From Salisapilia sapeloensis CBS 127946 (taxonomy: Eukaryota > Protista > Oomycota), in the NCBI GenBank assembly GCA_023334545.1, contig JAADVB010000204.1:1-34936 (forward strand): a DNA stretch of 34,936 nt, written 5' to 3'. Shown here one piece after another: positions 21,040 through 31,980 of the stretch (positions are counted from its first letter, which is position 1; each line of letters opens with the position of its first letter). The notes beneath the pieces are model-generated. The model was not told the DNA's origin. It was given only the letters and a program-made list of their open reading frames with translations, and did no database searches. A program made the position numbers and the translations under genes.

Positions 21040-21400
21040 ATGTCAGCACTAGACCGTAGTACAATATTCATCCTTGTTTCGATCCTTGCGAAAGCTACGG
21101 ATGCCCATGATATGCATGAGAATACGACAATAAACGATGATCATTTACTGGATGTCGACGACCAAATGTTCACGCCGAAAGTTATTCGTGGATACTTGAC
21201 TGCCGCTATTCTGACCATCAGTGTCGCCGTGTCTGCTGTCATCGGGTACATGCTCAAATCTCGATCTACGCACCAACGTACGGAGCAAGGTACTTGGACA
21301 TGATATATCTAATAAAACGAAGAAGAGAATCATTGCGTATATAGATGAGAAAGATGAGATGCTGTATTCACTCTTGCAACACGATTACTCGCCTGCGTAA
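21040..21400 (+). CDS. Small type-I membrane protein (101 aa, 2 exons)
   Basis: Signal-peptide-like MSALDRSTIFILVSILAKATDA; TM GYLTAAILTISVAVSAVIGYML followed by KSR; 55-nt intron 21290-21344; tail QDEKDEMLYSLLQHDYSPA. Confidence 0.7.
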
Positions 21401-21435
21401 TTGCCAGAACGCTTCTAAGGTTCAAATATACACGA

Positions 21436-22299
21436 CTATCCTTCCTTCTCGTCTGATATACCATACGCCCGCTTTGCATTCGCCACCACGACGTCGCACA
21501 GCTGACTCGCTGGCGTATGACGCAGTTGGGCTGCTTTGTACAGTGCCAATTGTACGAGAGCAGGCTCATTGATCCCTTCCGACAGCTGCATCTCGTCGAC
21601 ACGAATGCGATCGGCCAGCCCAAAGACTTGGATGGCATCCCGGACAGCCGTCTCCGATGGCGCTTGGTCCGGCGCATCCGTCTCTAAGAGCAGTGTTGCT
21701 TCCGGCACTCGGATGCAACTCTCAGCAGCTTTACCGTTCTGTAGCAGTTGCTTTACATTAAATGAAAAGTAGAGCTCCGTGTCGGTCCTCTTGCTCATCG
21801 ACAGGAACTGCTGCGTCATGTCCGGTGCACCGCCGTACGAATGCAACACGATATGTGGTGGCAACTGCCTATGTTTCTCTAGAGATGAACGCATCAGTTG
21901 TAGCAGCTTGCCATACTGGCCAACGCAATGAATGACACAAGTCCGACGCATGGTTGTGGCAAGCTCAAGCTGCTCTGAGAACACACTCGCCTGCACGTCT
22001 TTCGGTACTTGGTTACCACGAGCACTCTTGCACAGCCCAATCTCACCTAAACTAGCTTTCGGATGCATCTCTAACTTGTATCTAAGCTTATCTAGGTAGT
22101 CTCGCGGCGCCTGCGCCGCCCACCACGGATGCAGACCAAAGCACGGCACAACGGCATCATTTAAACTCGCTTCCAACTGCGCCCAGTCCTGCTCATGGCA
22201 TGCACAGCTTACGACGTGGAAGACACCTGCTAGTACCGCTCGACGCACCGCCTGCCGTCCACTACGCACGTCATGGACATGGGCATGGGCATCAATCAT
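21436..22299 (-). CDS. tatD: TatD-family metal-dependent DNase (287 aa)
   Basis: MIDAHAH, FGLHPWW, GEIGL, IHCV, LHSY and LLETDAPD motifs. First ATG is at 22299. Confidence 0.93.
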   Translation of the reverse strand: MIDAHAHVHDVRSGRQAVRRAVLAGVFHVVSCACHEQDWAQLEASLNDAVVPCFGLHPWWAAQAPRDYLDKLRYKLEMHPKASLGEIGLCKSARGNQVPKDVQASVFSEQLELATTMRRTCVIHCVGQYGKLLQLMRSSLEKHRQLPPHIVLHSYGGAPDMTQQFLSMSKRTDTELYFSFNVKQLLQNGKAAESCIRVPEATLLLETDAPDQAPSETAVRDAIQVFGLADRIRVDEMQLSEGINEPALVQLALYKAAQLRHTPASQLCDVVVANAKRAYGISDEKEG

Positions 22300-22516
22300 G
22301 TTTTTATATAATGCCACGCTCCGGCACTAATTCCATCATTCCTACGACCAGAAGGAGACTTGGAGTACCTACGTACTCGTCTATACTTGTTCTTTCAGAG
22401 CCTTTGATACGTTTGAACTCGTTCCTATCACTGCTTCTATATCTACGCACATCCTGTCGGTACGAGCGTAGTACAAGCCAGCTGACAGGCTCTTCCCAAG
22501 ACCCCCTTCTTCCCCA

Positions 22517-22523
22517 TCATTTC
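22517..22523 (+). promoter_or_regulatory. INR-like element upstream of the GPCR-TKL gene
   Basis: tcatttc (YCAYTYY), 22 nt before the ATG at 22546. Confidence 0.35.
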
Positions 22524-22545
22524 GTAACTCGTTTCGGCGCCAGCC

Positions 22546-25086
22546 ATGGAAGGTCAGGACACGCTATCTCGACGCCCGACGCATGACTCGAGCCTGCATT
22601 ATAACGACTTGTCACCTCCAAGCAGCAATGCAAGCTTCACGCTCCTCGAGACGGACGGATCGACCAACTTAATCTCCAGCAGTATGCCAGCGAGACCAGG
22701 TCAGCAGCGTCGGCAGCGTCCGCATACTGTCGGCTCCTTCACCATCGGTCGTCGAAGAGCACTTCCATCAGTCGAGAGTGAAGAAGACGATGAAGCAGGC
22801 GACCTCTTTCCCATGAACTCGAGAGTCTATACGAATCCGACCAACATCGTCCCTCCTGCTGCCCACGAGTCCATCGTCATGAGCGATCAGCAGCACCCTG
22901 TCGAGCTGTCTGTTTACCGCTCGACACCTGGTGGCAGCTCGCACTCTGTCAAGAGCAATCCTCGCTCTGTGGCGGGAGATAATCGCGATACGTTCGGAAG
23001 TCAAGAACAAAAGCCCAGCAGCCATCAAGGTCATTCCGGCCAGATCCCTCTGAACGCTGGCATAGATCAACCTTCGATGCTGGAAGAAGTAGACCGAGAA
23101 TCGTTGACGGACTCACGTCCGTCCACAGCCTTCTCCGTGCGTCTAAAGCACTCCACGGCATCGCTATGGGCTCGTTTGACAGTCACGTGGGACTCGTTCT
23201 TCTTGCTACTAACGCTCCTACTCGCACTCATCGGCTTAGCACTGGCGATCGTGCTGAGTGTCGTCCTCCATTCCATGTCCAACATCATCGTTCACGTCAA
23301 GTGCGTCATGACGTACAAGCCGCATGACTACGCCGAAGCGTCCATCACCATGTTGCTCTCGTTCTGGATCCCCACCTTCACCTACGTTGTCCTCTTCATC
23401 GTATCTATCTGGATCGGTGTCCTCTGCAGTCGCAGTCGTAAGCGAGTCCTCCAGAGCTCTCCAGCTTGTGCCAACGTCCCGGACTTGACCTCTGCCTTTA
23501 TGCTCCCTTGCTATGAGCCCATCTGGTACACCATCTCTGCTCTATCGCTACTCGGTATCATCGGCCATGCCGTTAGCTTCACCTTTGAAAGAACAGAGGA
23601 GCATGCAGACGAGTTTGCCAGCCTAACACTGGACAACTCTCAGGATAACCCTTGCGACACCCTCCAGCTGCCGTTAATATGGATCCTGCAGCTACTACCG
23701 ATGCTCATGGTCCAGCGCAGCGTCTCCCGCCAAGCTGTCCTTCGCTCCATTGCCTACTCTGGCTGCGTTGTCATCGTCATGCTTGTGTGTTTCCTAACTC
23801 TTTACCATTCGGGAGACAAAGCGCTGGACTTTGTCTCCTTTGGTGTTCACGTCCTCCTCGTCCTCTTCTACTGTTGGGCCAAGTGGTTCTTCCACGCTCG
23901 TTCAACCTTTGACTTCTTCTTCGTTGCTGCCATCATAAGCAGTTTGTCGAGTATCACCCTCCAGATCGTCACGTTCGTCCAGGACAATGAGACCGGAGGA
24001 TCTGCTATCTTACGCTCTTGTGTCCATGGCATCTACGCCCTCATCGTCGTCGCGCTCCTCGTCTCCATGCGTGCAGACACGAGGTACTGGCTCGGCTTTG
24101 ACGAGACGCCTCTCCATCGTCTAGATCAGATGCGTAGGTACATGCGCCACCTAGCAGAACGAGGCATGATCACCAACTTTTCCACACGCACGTCGGTCTA
24201 CGACGTCCATCGCATGATCGAAGACCATCGGCATAACGTCGTCGACATCTCCCGCCTGAATCTTCAATGCACTGTCGCGCAAGGAGCGACGTCGATCGTT
24301 CTCAAAGGAAAGATGCGATCCGATACGGATATTGCGCTCAAGATCTACACGAGTGTTCAAGTCACGGATGAGGAAGTAGAGCGCTTTTCACATGAAACGG
24401 CGCTTAATGTCCAGCTCTCTCATCCGAATGTGGTCAAGTTCTACGGATTATGTGTCGTCCCACCATCCATCTCTCTTGTCTTTGAGTTCTGCGAGTACGG
24501 AGGACTAGAATCTGTGCTCCTGACGCAAAAGAATAACTGGCACTTGTCCACGAAACTCAAGATGTGGCTTGATGCATGTCACGCCGTTGCGTACTTGCAT
24601 AGCTTCAACCCTCCGCTTCTCCATCGTGATATCAAGACTGACAATTTCCTCGTCGGTCACGAGTTTCTCGTGAAACTTGCGGACTTTGGAGAAGCCAATC
24701 TGCTCAAACCACGGACGGACGGGACGATGACGATCGTCGGGACCGTTGACTTCATGGCGCCTGAGATGATCTTAGGTGGAAAGACAGCCAGATATGGCAC
24801 GGCTGCAGACGTGTATAGCCTCATGATCACGTTGTGGCAGATCCTAGTGCCTGACAGGAGTCCGTGGGAACATAAGAGCCACTTGGAGGTGTACACGAGC
24901 GTCACGAAAGGCGAGCGACCTCCGATCTTACCCACGATTTCAGCTGGATGTGCCGAGATTCTCGAGATGGGTTGGTGCGCCAACCCGAGTAAGCGTGTGG
25001 CGGTCGAGGACATCATCCCAAAGGTCCATCAGCTTTGGCTCTTGTCGTTGCATCAGAAACCTCTTCGACGCACAGACGGCAAGTAG
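22546..25086 (+). CDS. Multi-pass membrane (GPCR-like) TKL protein kinase, 846 aa
   Basis: Disordered N-terminus, about 8 hydrophobic helices (aa ~220-510), then a kinase domain: ALKIY, HRDIKTDN, DFG, GTVDFMAPE, DVYS. Confidence 0.88.
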   Translation: MEGQDTLSRRPTHDSSLHYNDLSPPSSNASFTLLETDGSTNLISSSMPARPGQQRRQRPHTVGSFTIGRRRALPSVESEEDDEAGDLFPMNSRVYTNPTNIVPPAAHESIVMSDQQHPVELSVYRSTPGGSSHSVKSNPRSVAGDNRDTFGSQEQKPSSHQGHSGQIPLNAGIDQPSMLEEVDRESLTDSRPSTAFSVRLKHSTASLWARLTVTWDSFFLLLTLLLALIGLALAIVLSVVLHSMSNIIVHVKCVMTYKPHDYAEASITMLLSFWIPTFTYVVLFIVSIWIGVLCSRSRKRVLQSSPACANVPDLTSAFMLPCYEPIWYTISALSLLGIIGHAVSFTFERTEEHADEFASLTLDNSQDNPCDTLQLPLIWILQLLPMLMVQRSVSRQAVLRSIAYSGCVVIVMLVCFLTLYHSGDKALDFVSFGVHVLLVLFYCWAKWFFHARSTFDFFFVAAIISSLSSITLQIVTFVQDNETGGSAILRSCVHGIYALIVVALLVSMRADTRYWLGFDETPLHRLDQMRRYMRHLAERGMITNFSTRTSVYDVHRMIEDHRHNVVDISRLNLQCTVAQGATSIVLKGKMRSDTDIALKIYTSVQVTDEEVERFSHETALNVQLSHPNVVKFYGLCVVPPSISLVFEFCEYGGLESVLLTQKNNWHLSTKLKMWLDACHAVAYLHSFNPPLLHRDIKTDNFLVGHEFLVKLADFGEANLLKPRTDGTMTIVGTVDFMAPEMILGGKTARYGTAADVYSLMITLWQILVPDRSPWEHKSHLEVYTSVTKGERPPILPTISAGCAEILEMGWCANPSKRVAVEDIIPKVHQLWLLSLHQKPLRRTDGK

Positions 25087-25236
25087 CTCGATCGTAGGAG
25101 GAATAGCCATGGATATTATCTGCTACCACGCCTGTGGTCTCTTGAGGAGCGATAGCCATCGGTAACATCGTGCGTATCGAAAGTGGCAGTCGAGTGGATT
25201 TAAATATAAGTAGTTTGTCTGTATTCGTGCTTACAA

Positions 25237-28200
25237 CTATAGCTCCGTCAGCTCCAAGTCAGGTGTCGTGTCCGGCTCGGTACTCTTGGTCTTCTTGGAC
25301 GACTTGCGCTTCTCTTTCTTTTCCTTCTTGTGCTTCTTCTTCTTCTTGTCCTTGTCCTTGCCGTCGCCATCTTCTTTATCCTTATCCTTGCTCTTCTTTT
25401 TCTTCTTCTTCTCTTTCGGACTCTTTTCCTCGGACTGTGCCGCAGTGGCACGACGGCGAGCCAATTGCTCGCGCTGGGCTTGACGCTGCTTTTGCTGAAT
25501 CCTCTTCTTGCGCTCTCGCTCTTGCTCCTGCAGCACTTGCCAGTCAGAGCTCAAGCCAGTATCAGCATCAGTGCTTGACGGAGCCTTGACGAGCGCAGAT
25601 GAATGTACGCCATCTGGTTGCGAGTCTTCTACCTCTCCGTCTTGTTTCTCTGTCTGTGTAGCACTAGACGATTCGGTGCTATCAGGTGGTGATTCCGGAG
25701 TAAGCTGCGACTCTTCGGTTGTCGATTCCTCTGCTTGAGGAGAGCTTTCCTCTGACGTAGACTCCGGCATGGTGGTCGCAGATGGCTGTGGTTCATGCTC
25801 TTCCTGTGTCGTCATCTTAAACTCGACGCTGGGCTCTTCTGCATGATCTAACTCTTCATTGCTTTCGGCCTCGGATGGGTCCTTGTCGAAATCATGCGTA
25901 TTCATAAGAAGTGAGTCGAGCGCAACGTCGTTCGACAGACCAAACGTATCCAGGTCATCGTCATCCTCCGTTTCGTTTCCATCTGGTAGCAGTGATGGAC
26001 CTTGATGGGGCATCACTTCCACTTCTTGCTCTTCCACCAAAGGATCCTCCACAGCGCTCTCCTTTTCTTTCGTCTCAGGTGCAGTCTCATCCACGACAGA
26101 GCTGTCGACTTCAACAGAACTAGTTGGTGCTTCTGCCTCTTGGTCTGCAGCGTCTTCATCTCTACTCCCTTGCTCTCCACTGCCTTCGTCCTTGATCTTC
26201 TCATTGTCCGAAGCAACGGTTTCCGAGGGCACATGCTCCTGCTTGGCATTTCCACTACGATCCGCCACATCCTCTTCGTCGCTTTCATCCGCCAGCAACG
26301 AGTCAAAGTCGACTGTAGACGCAGGACCATCGACTTCATCGTCACTGTCGCCAAGCAGATCGTTCGAGCGTCGATAAAGAATCTTCATAGCCGCGCCTGG
26401 CTTCTCTGGATCCTGAGTCGATGGCGACAAAGCCTCCATATCGACTGAACTCTCGCTCTGTCTAGACTCATCCTCGACAAGGGTATCACTGTCCTCTTTT
26501 TCCTTGACCTCATCAGCGCCTTCCCTACCATACTCACTCTCTCGTTCAGCACCCGTACTTTTGTCTCTCGCATCGACATCACCCTCGATGGAAGCAACTA
26601 CTCCATCCTCCTCTTTATCACCCTGGTCGCTGACGTCTTCCTCTGGATCATACAAGGCAGAAATGTCGTCCTGCGAGTCATCAAACAACGCATCGATCGT
26701 ATCCTCTGATTCCTCCTCTTTCACTTCTTTCGGAGACTCGTGCTTCTCTTCCATCTCGTCTAAAGCACCATTGCTTCCTTCCTCTACCTTAGAAGTAGAC
26801 TTTACCTTTCCAAGAGTCTCCTTTGTCTTCTTACGCAACGACGGAAGCTCTTCTTCCTCTTCCACCGACGGATACTCCTCTTCCTCAACCTTTTTAGTAG
26901 ACTTCTGTCGAATAGATTCCTTACTCCTTCCACGTAACGACTGATAACCTTCTTCATCCGACGACTGACCCTCCTCTTCCTCTGGCAATGTCTCAAACAA
27001 ACTCTCATAGTTCTGTCCACGTAGCTCCGGTCCATCGTCTTCCGACTTGTCTTCATCAAAGAGACTAGCAAATGAATCTTTTCGTTTCTTCCTACCACCC
27101 TTCCCTCCACCTTTCTTCCTTTGCACAGTCAACCGTCGATACTCGGCTTCATCCTCCTCCTCTTCTTCTTCATCATTCTCAAAGATACTCGCCTTTCGCT
27201 GCTGGCTCTTCCTTCGTCTCGAATGCCGAGGTGCCGACCGCTTCGACAACATCTCTTTCAAAGCCTTCAACTCTCCTTCCATAGACGATATCTTATCCAC
27301 GATAAGCCTATCTCCATCGTCCTCCTCTGTCACCTGACTGCTCTCAGTGTACGCCGAATCCTCTATACTCCTCTCCTCTTCCATGTAGCTTCGAGACTCG
27401 ATTCGATGTCTCGGAGATCGAGACTTTCGAGGCGTATGTCTGCTATTTCTATCGACAGATGTCTGACCCATGGATGGAGGTCGTCGGAGAGGTTGATCAG
27501 CTGGAACGTACCCTCCTGACACTGCATCAAAGACATAATCGTGCGGCTTTTCAAACGATGCAAAGTAGTCGTCAATCGAATCCTCTCGTGTCTTTCGAGA
27601 CGACTGCGTATGACCAAACTCTTCCATGATATTCCCAGCCCCATGTCCGTCACCCATGTCACGGATACCAAACCGAGGTTCCATCCCACTAGGCAAGGCA
27701 TACGACGCCGTATTCATCGGCTGTGCATCTGACCAAGTCCTCTTGTCGTTCAACGGCCTCGACGTCGCGTCGGAAGTGAAGCTAGCGTTGAATCGGTCGC
27801 TCGGTTGAGAGTTGCGTTGTGCGGCCATAAGAGACGACGGTTCATTTCGATACGTGTCTGCTTGCCGGAATCGATCGAGACCATCGTCCAGACTCTTCTG
27901 GCTGCGGGAAGTCGCTGACACGGCGGAGAAAGAAGTATTCGCCCAAGGTCGAGACGCCATGGCGCTCTGCGGATCTCGAATGGCAGGATGAAGGTTATTC
28001 GTGGGAGACTCAAAGAGATCGTTGAACGTATCACGACGACCATGTCCGTCGATCTGAGTTGATCGATGGCTACGTGGGTTGGATAGATTCGTATCCGATA
28101 TATGTCTCCGCCATGCATCGGCACCATTCGTCGTCATCTGATAGTTCGGTGCTTTCGCATACGAGTCTCTAGGTAATGTGTAGTTACTGGAAACTTGGCT

Positions 28201-29993
28201 CTCAGACATACTCTTCCTAGACGGCAAGCTATCTCTGGATATAAGAGCTGAATGACTCGATGCCTCTGCTTGTCCTTCGCTAGAGGCAGGTATCACATCA
28301 CGGCAACGTCTCTCCTCTTCTTTACTACTCCCCCGTCGCACGGACACCATGGAGCCACTCCTAAATCCTCGCGTCGGCCTCGAAGAGTTTGTCTTTTTAC
28401 CTTTATTAAACCCTAAGAGACGCTTGACAGCTCCACCAAAGCCACCTTCCTTCTCCTCTTTCGAAGACTCGCTTGTAGATGGAGCAGAGGCTTCAGTCGG
28501 ATGGTCTACCATCGTATATGACTCGTCTTGTGGAGACAATTGTCGAGGTGCGACTGTCGGTGGTAGAACGGCTGACGGTCCGTCGCAGTTACGTGCTTCC
28601 TCTTGCGGCGAAGACTGTGGACGAGGAGTCGAGTCTCGATGCATCGCATCGTAGTACCCTGGCGTATCGTCCGCCACCACGTCATCTACATCCATGTCAT
28701 AGTACGTACGCATGGCATCCGTTGGTGCAGACGTCTTTGGCTGCATCGGCGCTGTGTCTGTCTCCTGTCTCTCTGTAGACGTATCCGCTTCCTGCTTCTT
28801 CTTTTTCGACTTGAACATGCCAATCACACTGTCACGCAGTGAGCTCTTCCGACCAGAGGACATATCTTGACTAGAGCTAGGTACAAGCTGCTGACTCGTA
28901 CCATCCTGGGTACTTTCCGTATCTCTCGACCGGTAGGACGCGTCCGGTGACGATGAAGGCATCGGCCTCTGCATCGACTCGGACTGACTATGTGCTACGG
29001 GCTCTTCATGACTGTACTCATCTACTTCCTCTTCATCACTTTCGTAGAGTCGATCAAGGTTTCCACCTCGCTGCGCTTCATACAGTCCACCTAGCTCTTC
29101 ATCCAAGTTTCCAAGAGACACTGGCTTGTGCTCTGCTTTAACTACTCGACCTTTCTCCTGTTTCCCTGCCTTCTTACCACTCTGCTTGCTACCATTCGAT
29201 CGATCCATGTCTGGTTCATCAAACCAACCGTCTTCGTCTTCCTCAAAGAGAGCATTCGCCTCTGGCTCTGCCTTGACTTTAGACTGCTCAGACGCCTGGA
29301 AACTATGCCTGTGCTCGTGCTCTCTTAATCGAGCAGCGTCCAACGTAGATGGCTGCTTCTGTGCCGTCGTGTGCTGGACGTCTCCCGACGGTGGCGTCGT
29401 CCAGTCGTTTGAAGTTACGGCACTAGCAAGACTGGCACGACGACTGTGGCTGTATGAGGCTCGAGAGACGATCTGACCGGCACAAGCAGAGCAAACTCGC
29501 TGCTTCTTTCTGCGTCCATGAAGCGCATGGAACGACGAGCAGTCCGAGCAGAGGACTCGACCACACATTCGACAATGATGTTTGCGCTTCACGACGGAAA
29601 ATTTAGAGCTGCACAGGAAGCAGTGGGTGACCCGACGCTCGTCCTCCCACTCGATGACTGTCTCCGACGGACGCTGCTTCCACGGACGACGATGGCGACG
29701 ATATGAGCTTTCGCTATTACGAGACGATGGTGTCATGGAATATTCCGAGTAGGAGAGAGCCACTGATTGGGATTCGGATGGAGGTGGATGAGATGGTGGG
29801 ATTGCACTAGACGTATCAGTCGAAGATCGGCGGGTGTTCTTGACCGGTCGAGGGGAGATGACGGCCGAAGGTTCATCAAAATCACCTTCTTCCTACGATT
29901 TTATACCATGTCAGTGCAATGAAATACTTTGCCAAGGAGATGTGATCTATATACATCTTCTGCGAAGAAAGGGTCGCTCATACTAGTCGGCAT
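25237..29993 (-). CDS. FYVE-domain protein with very long acidic disordered region and Lys-rich C-terminus (~1564 aa, 2 exons)
   Basis: FYVE: WEDE...CFLC...RKHHCRMCGRVLCSDC...RVCSAC. The frame stays open upstream of the ORF-track GTG to an acceptor at 29893. Intron 29893-29954 links it to an ATG exon (MPTSMSDPFFAED). Confidence 0.85.
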
Positions 29994-30344
29994 CGACCTC
30001 CAAGACTGCCAGTACGAGCAGAACGATAGTAATACTCCGTCCTAGAAAAACTAAACTTTATTGGGCGTGCTCGTATCGGAAAATTATGCCTATCTGACAC
30101 ATCGATGATGGGTACAAATTTCGTCAGCAGTCTTGTTTCATTCGCTCTTTGAGTTGATACATATCGAAGAGCCAGCCTTTCTCTACGTACATAATCCAAA
30201 TGTATTTCGGTGCGCAGCTGCAGGAGCAAATGGAAAAGCTTCTCACTTGGTCTTTGTATCCGACCACTTGACAGAAATACCTACGAGTAATAGACGAAGT
30301 AGTGGAATTCGTGAGCTGCATAAACGTATCAGCGCAAGAGAGAG

Positions 30345-31912
30345 ATGACCGAGGCAGAAGCACAGTGTCCTCCAGCCATGCATCCCAAGCGCGTGGAGAA
30401 ACGAGGACGCTTCACGATCACGGATATCACCCCTGGCTCACCCACGACGCCAGCCTTGTCGCCCACAGGTGACCATTCGCCACAGCCAGAGGCAGAGGAG
30501 CCGCATAGGAATGAACCAGAGACTCCAGTGCATTTGCCATCGACTCCCGGCATCGTCCCAGTGTGTATACTTGTCTTGCCACGCTGTATCACAAATGCAG
30601 TAACATGTATCCTAGAACCGAGTGCCACTCGAATGCTCCCCACGACTGTCACCTAAAAGATCTCCTAGTCCAGGCAATTCCATACCGGACATGTCACTGG
30701 ATGGCTCCCGTCACAGCCTTGACGAAAGTAGCAACGATCCACGGTACCTCCTTTTCATATAGATACCTTGCCGCCACGAAACTGACACGGTCCTCTTCCT
30801 CCGCCATAGCGTCAAGCGCAAAGGCCGGTTCACCATCATTGACCTGCCTGCTGATGCTACTCCGGAACATAGAGGCGAGTTGAAAGATGTAAGTGCCTTT
30901 ATTTGATGCAAACAGTCCATCTATCGTGATTGACTGAAACGTACTCCATTAGGGCGGCCAGCAATCCGCAACGACAGTCCCTCTGCCGCACAACCAGCCT
31001 CAGCCAGTGCGTGGTGCCAATCCGTCGATCCCACGCCCCACGAGCACCGCCAAGCCACGTCCGATGTCTAAACCTTCGATGGATAAGGACCGTATCCTTC
31101 GTCAGCACGAAAAGGGAAAAACTTTCACGTCAGCAGACTTTTGTCGACGTAGTCAGAGTCCTGTGCGAGATGGACATGACGCCGAGTCGTCCAACAATAT
31201 TCACATGAACGGCCATGCGCCATCTCTCCAACATCACGCGAAGAAACATTCTCGCCATCGCCAAAGAGCATCCATCTCGGCACTCCCAACAGGTTACCAC
31301 CACGGTACAGAGGGCATGACGTTTTCTTATGCATCCACAGCTTCACTATCGACTGAGGCATCCATGACAGCTGCCTCGACAAATGGTAACGGACTAACGT
31401 ACTCGTCTCCAGATGAACGAGATTCGAGACGACACAATTGCACCAAGTCCAAGACCGTCACGATCTCCGCAACACAGTACATGCAGCAGCAGCAATCCAT
31501 TGCGTACCTCATTCGTCAGCAGCATGAGCTCAAGCAGGTCATCAAGATCCTTCAGGATCAGCAGCAACAGCTGATGAGCATCCCGAGTCAGCTCCACGAC
31601 TTGCGTCTAGAAGCGGCGCAGTCTTCAAACACTCGAGACGAAGCGTCGAGAGACCTGCAGATCCAACTGGACGCTATGATGCGTGCGAATGAATCGATGC
31701 AGACGCTCTTGAACCAGTCTGAGTACGAAGCACAGGAACGATCGTTGGAAGTGCAGTACTTAAACGACGAGAACGAGGACTTGCGTCGACGTAGCGTCAT
31801 GTTCGAAACCAAGTATCTGGACGAACGAGAGCACTCGAGTAACCTCAAGGATGAGATTTTGAGATTACGAGCACACCATCAGGACAACAATGCGCATGGA
31901 TCGCACGATTGA
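30345..31912 (+). CDS. Disordered SP-rich protein with two RFxI motifs and a C-terminal coiled coil (~460 aa, 4 exons)
   Basis: Introns 30561-30615, 30744-30809 and 30889-30952 give one open frame. Motifs KRGRFTITDI and RKGRFTIIDL. Heptad-rich C-terminal ~130 aa. Confidence 0.75.
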
Positions 31913-31980
31913 GTACTTGCAAGTCATCAAATGCAAAAGTAGATAAATAAATGGGTAAATTCCAAGCCTTGGTTTGTCTT

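Noticed and set aside
21436-22299. TatD as a secreted extracellular-trap-degrading effector
   Set aside because: No signal peptide; the metal-binding motif starts at residue 3
25170-25738. Plus-strand Phe/Leu/Ser-rich ORFs resembling membrane proteins (also 32681-33145)
   Set aside because: They are antisense shadows of Lys/Glu/Ser tracts in the FYVE and coilin genes
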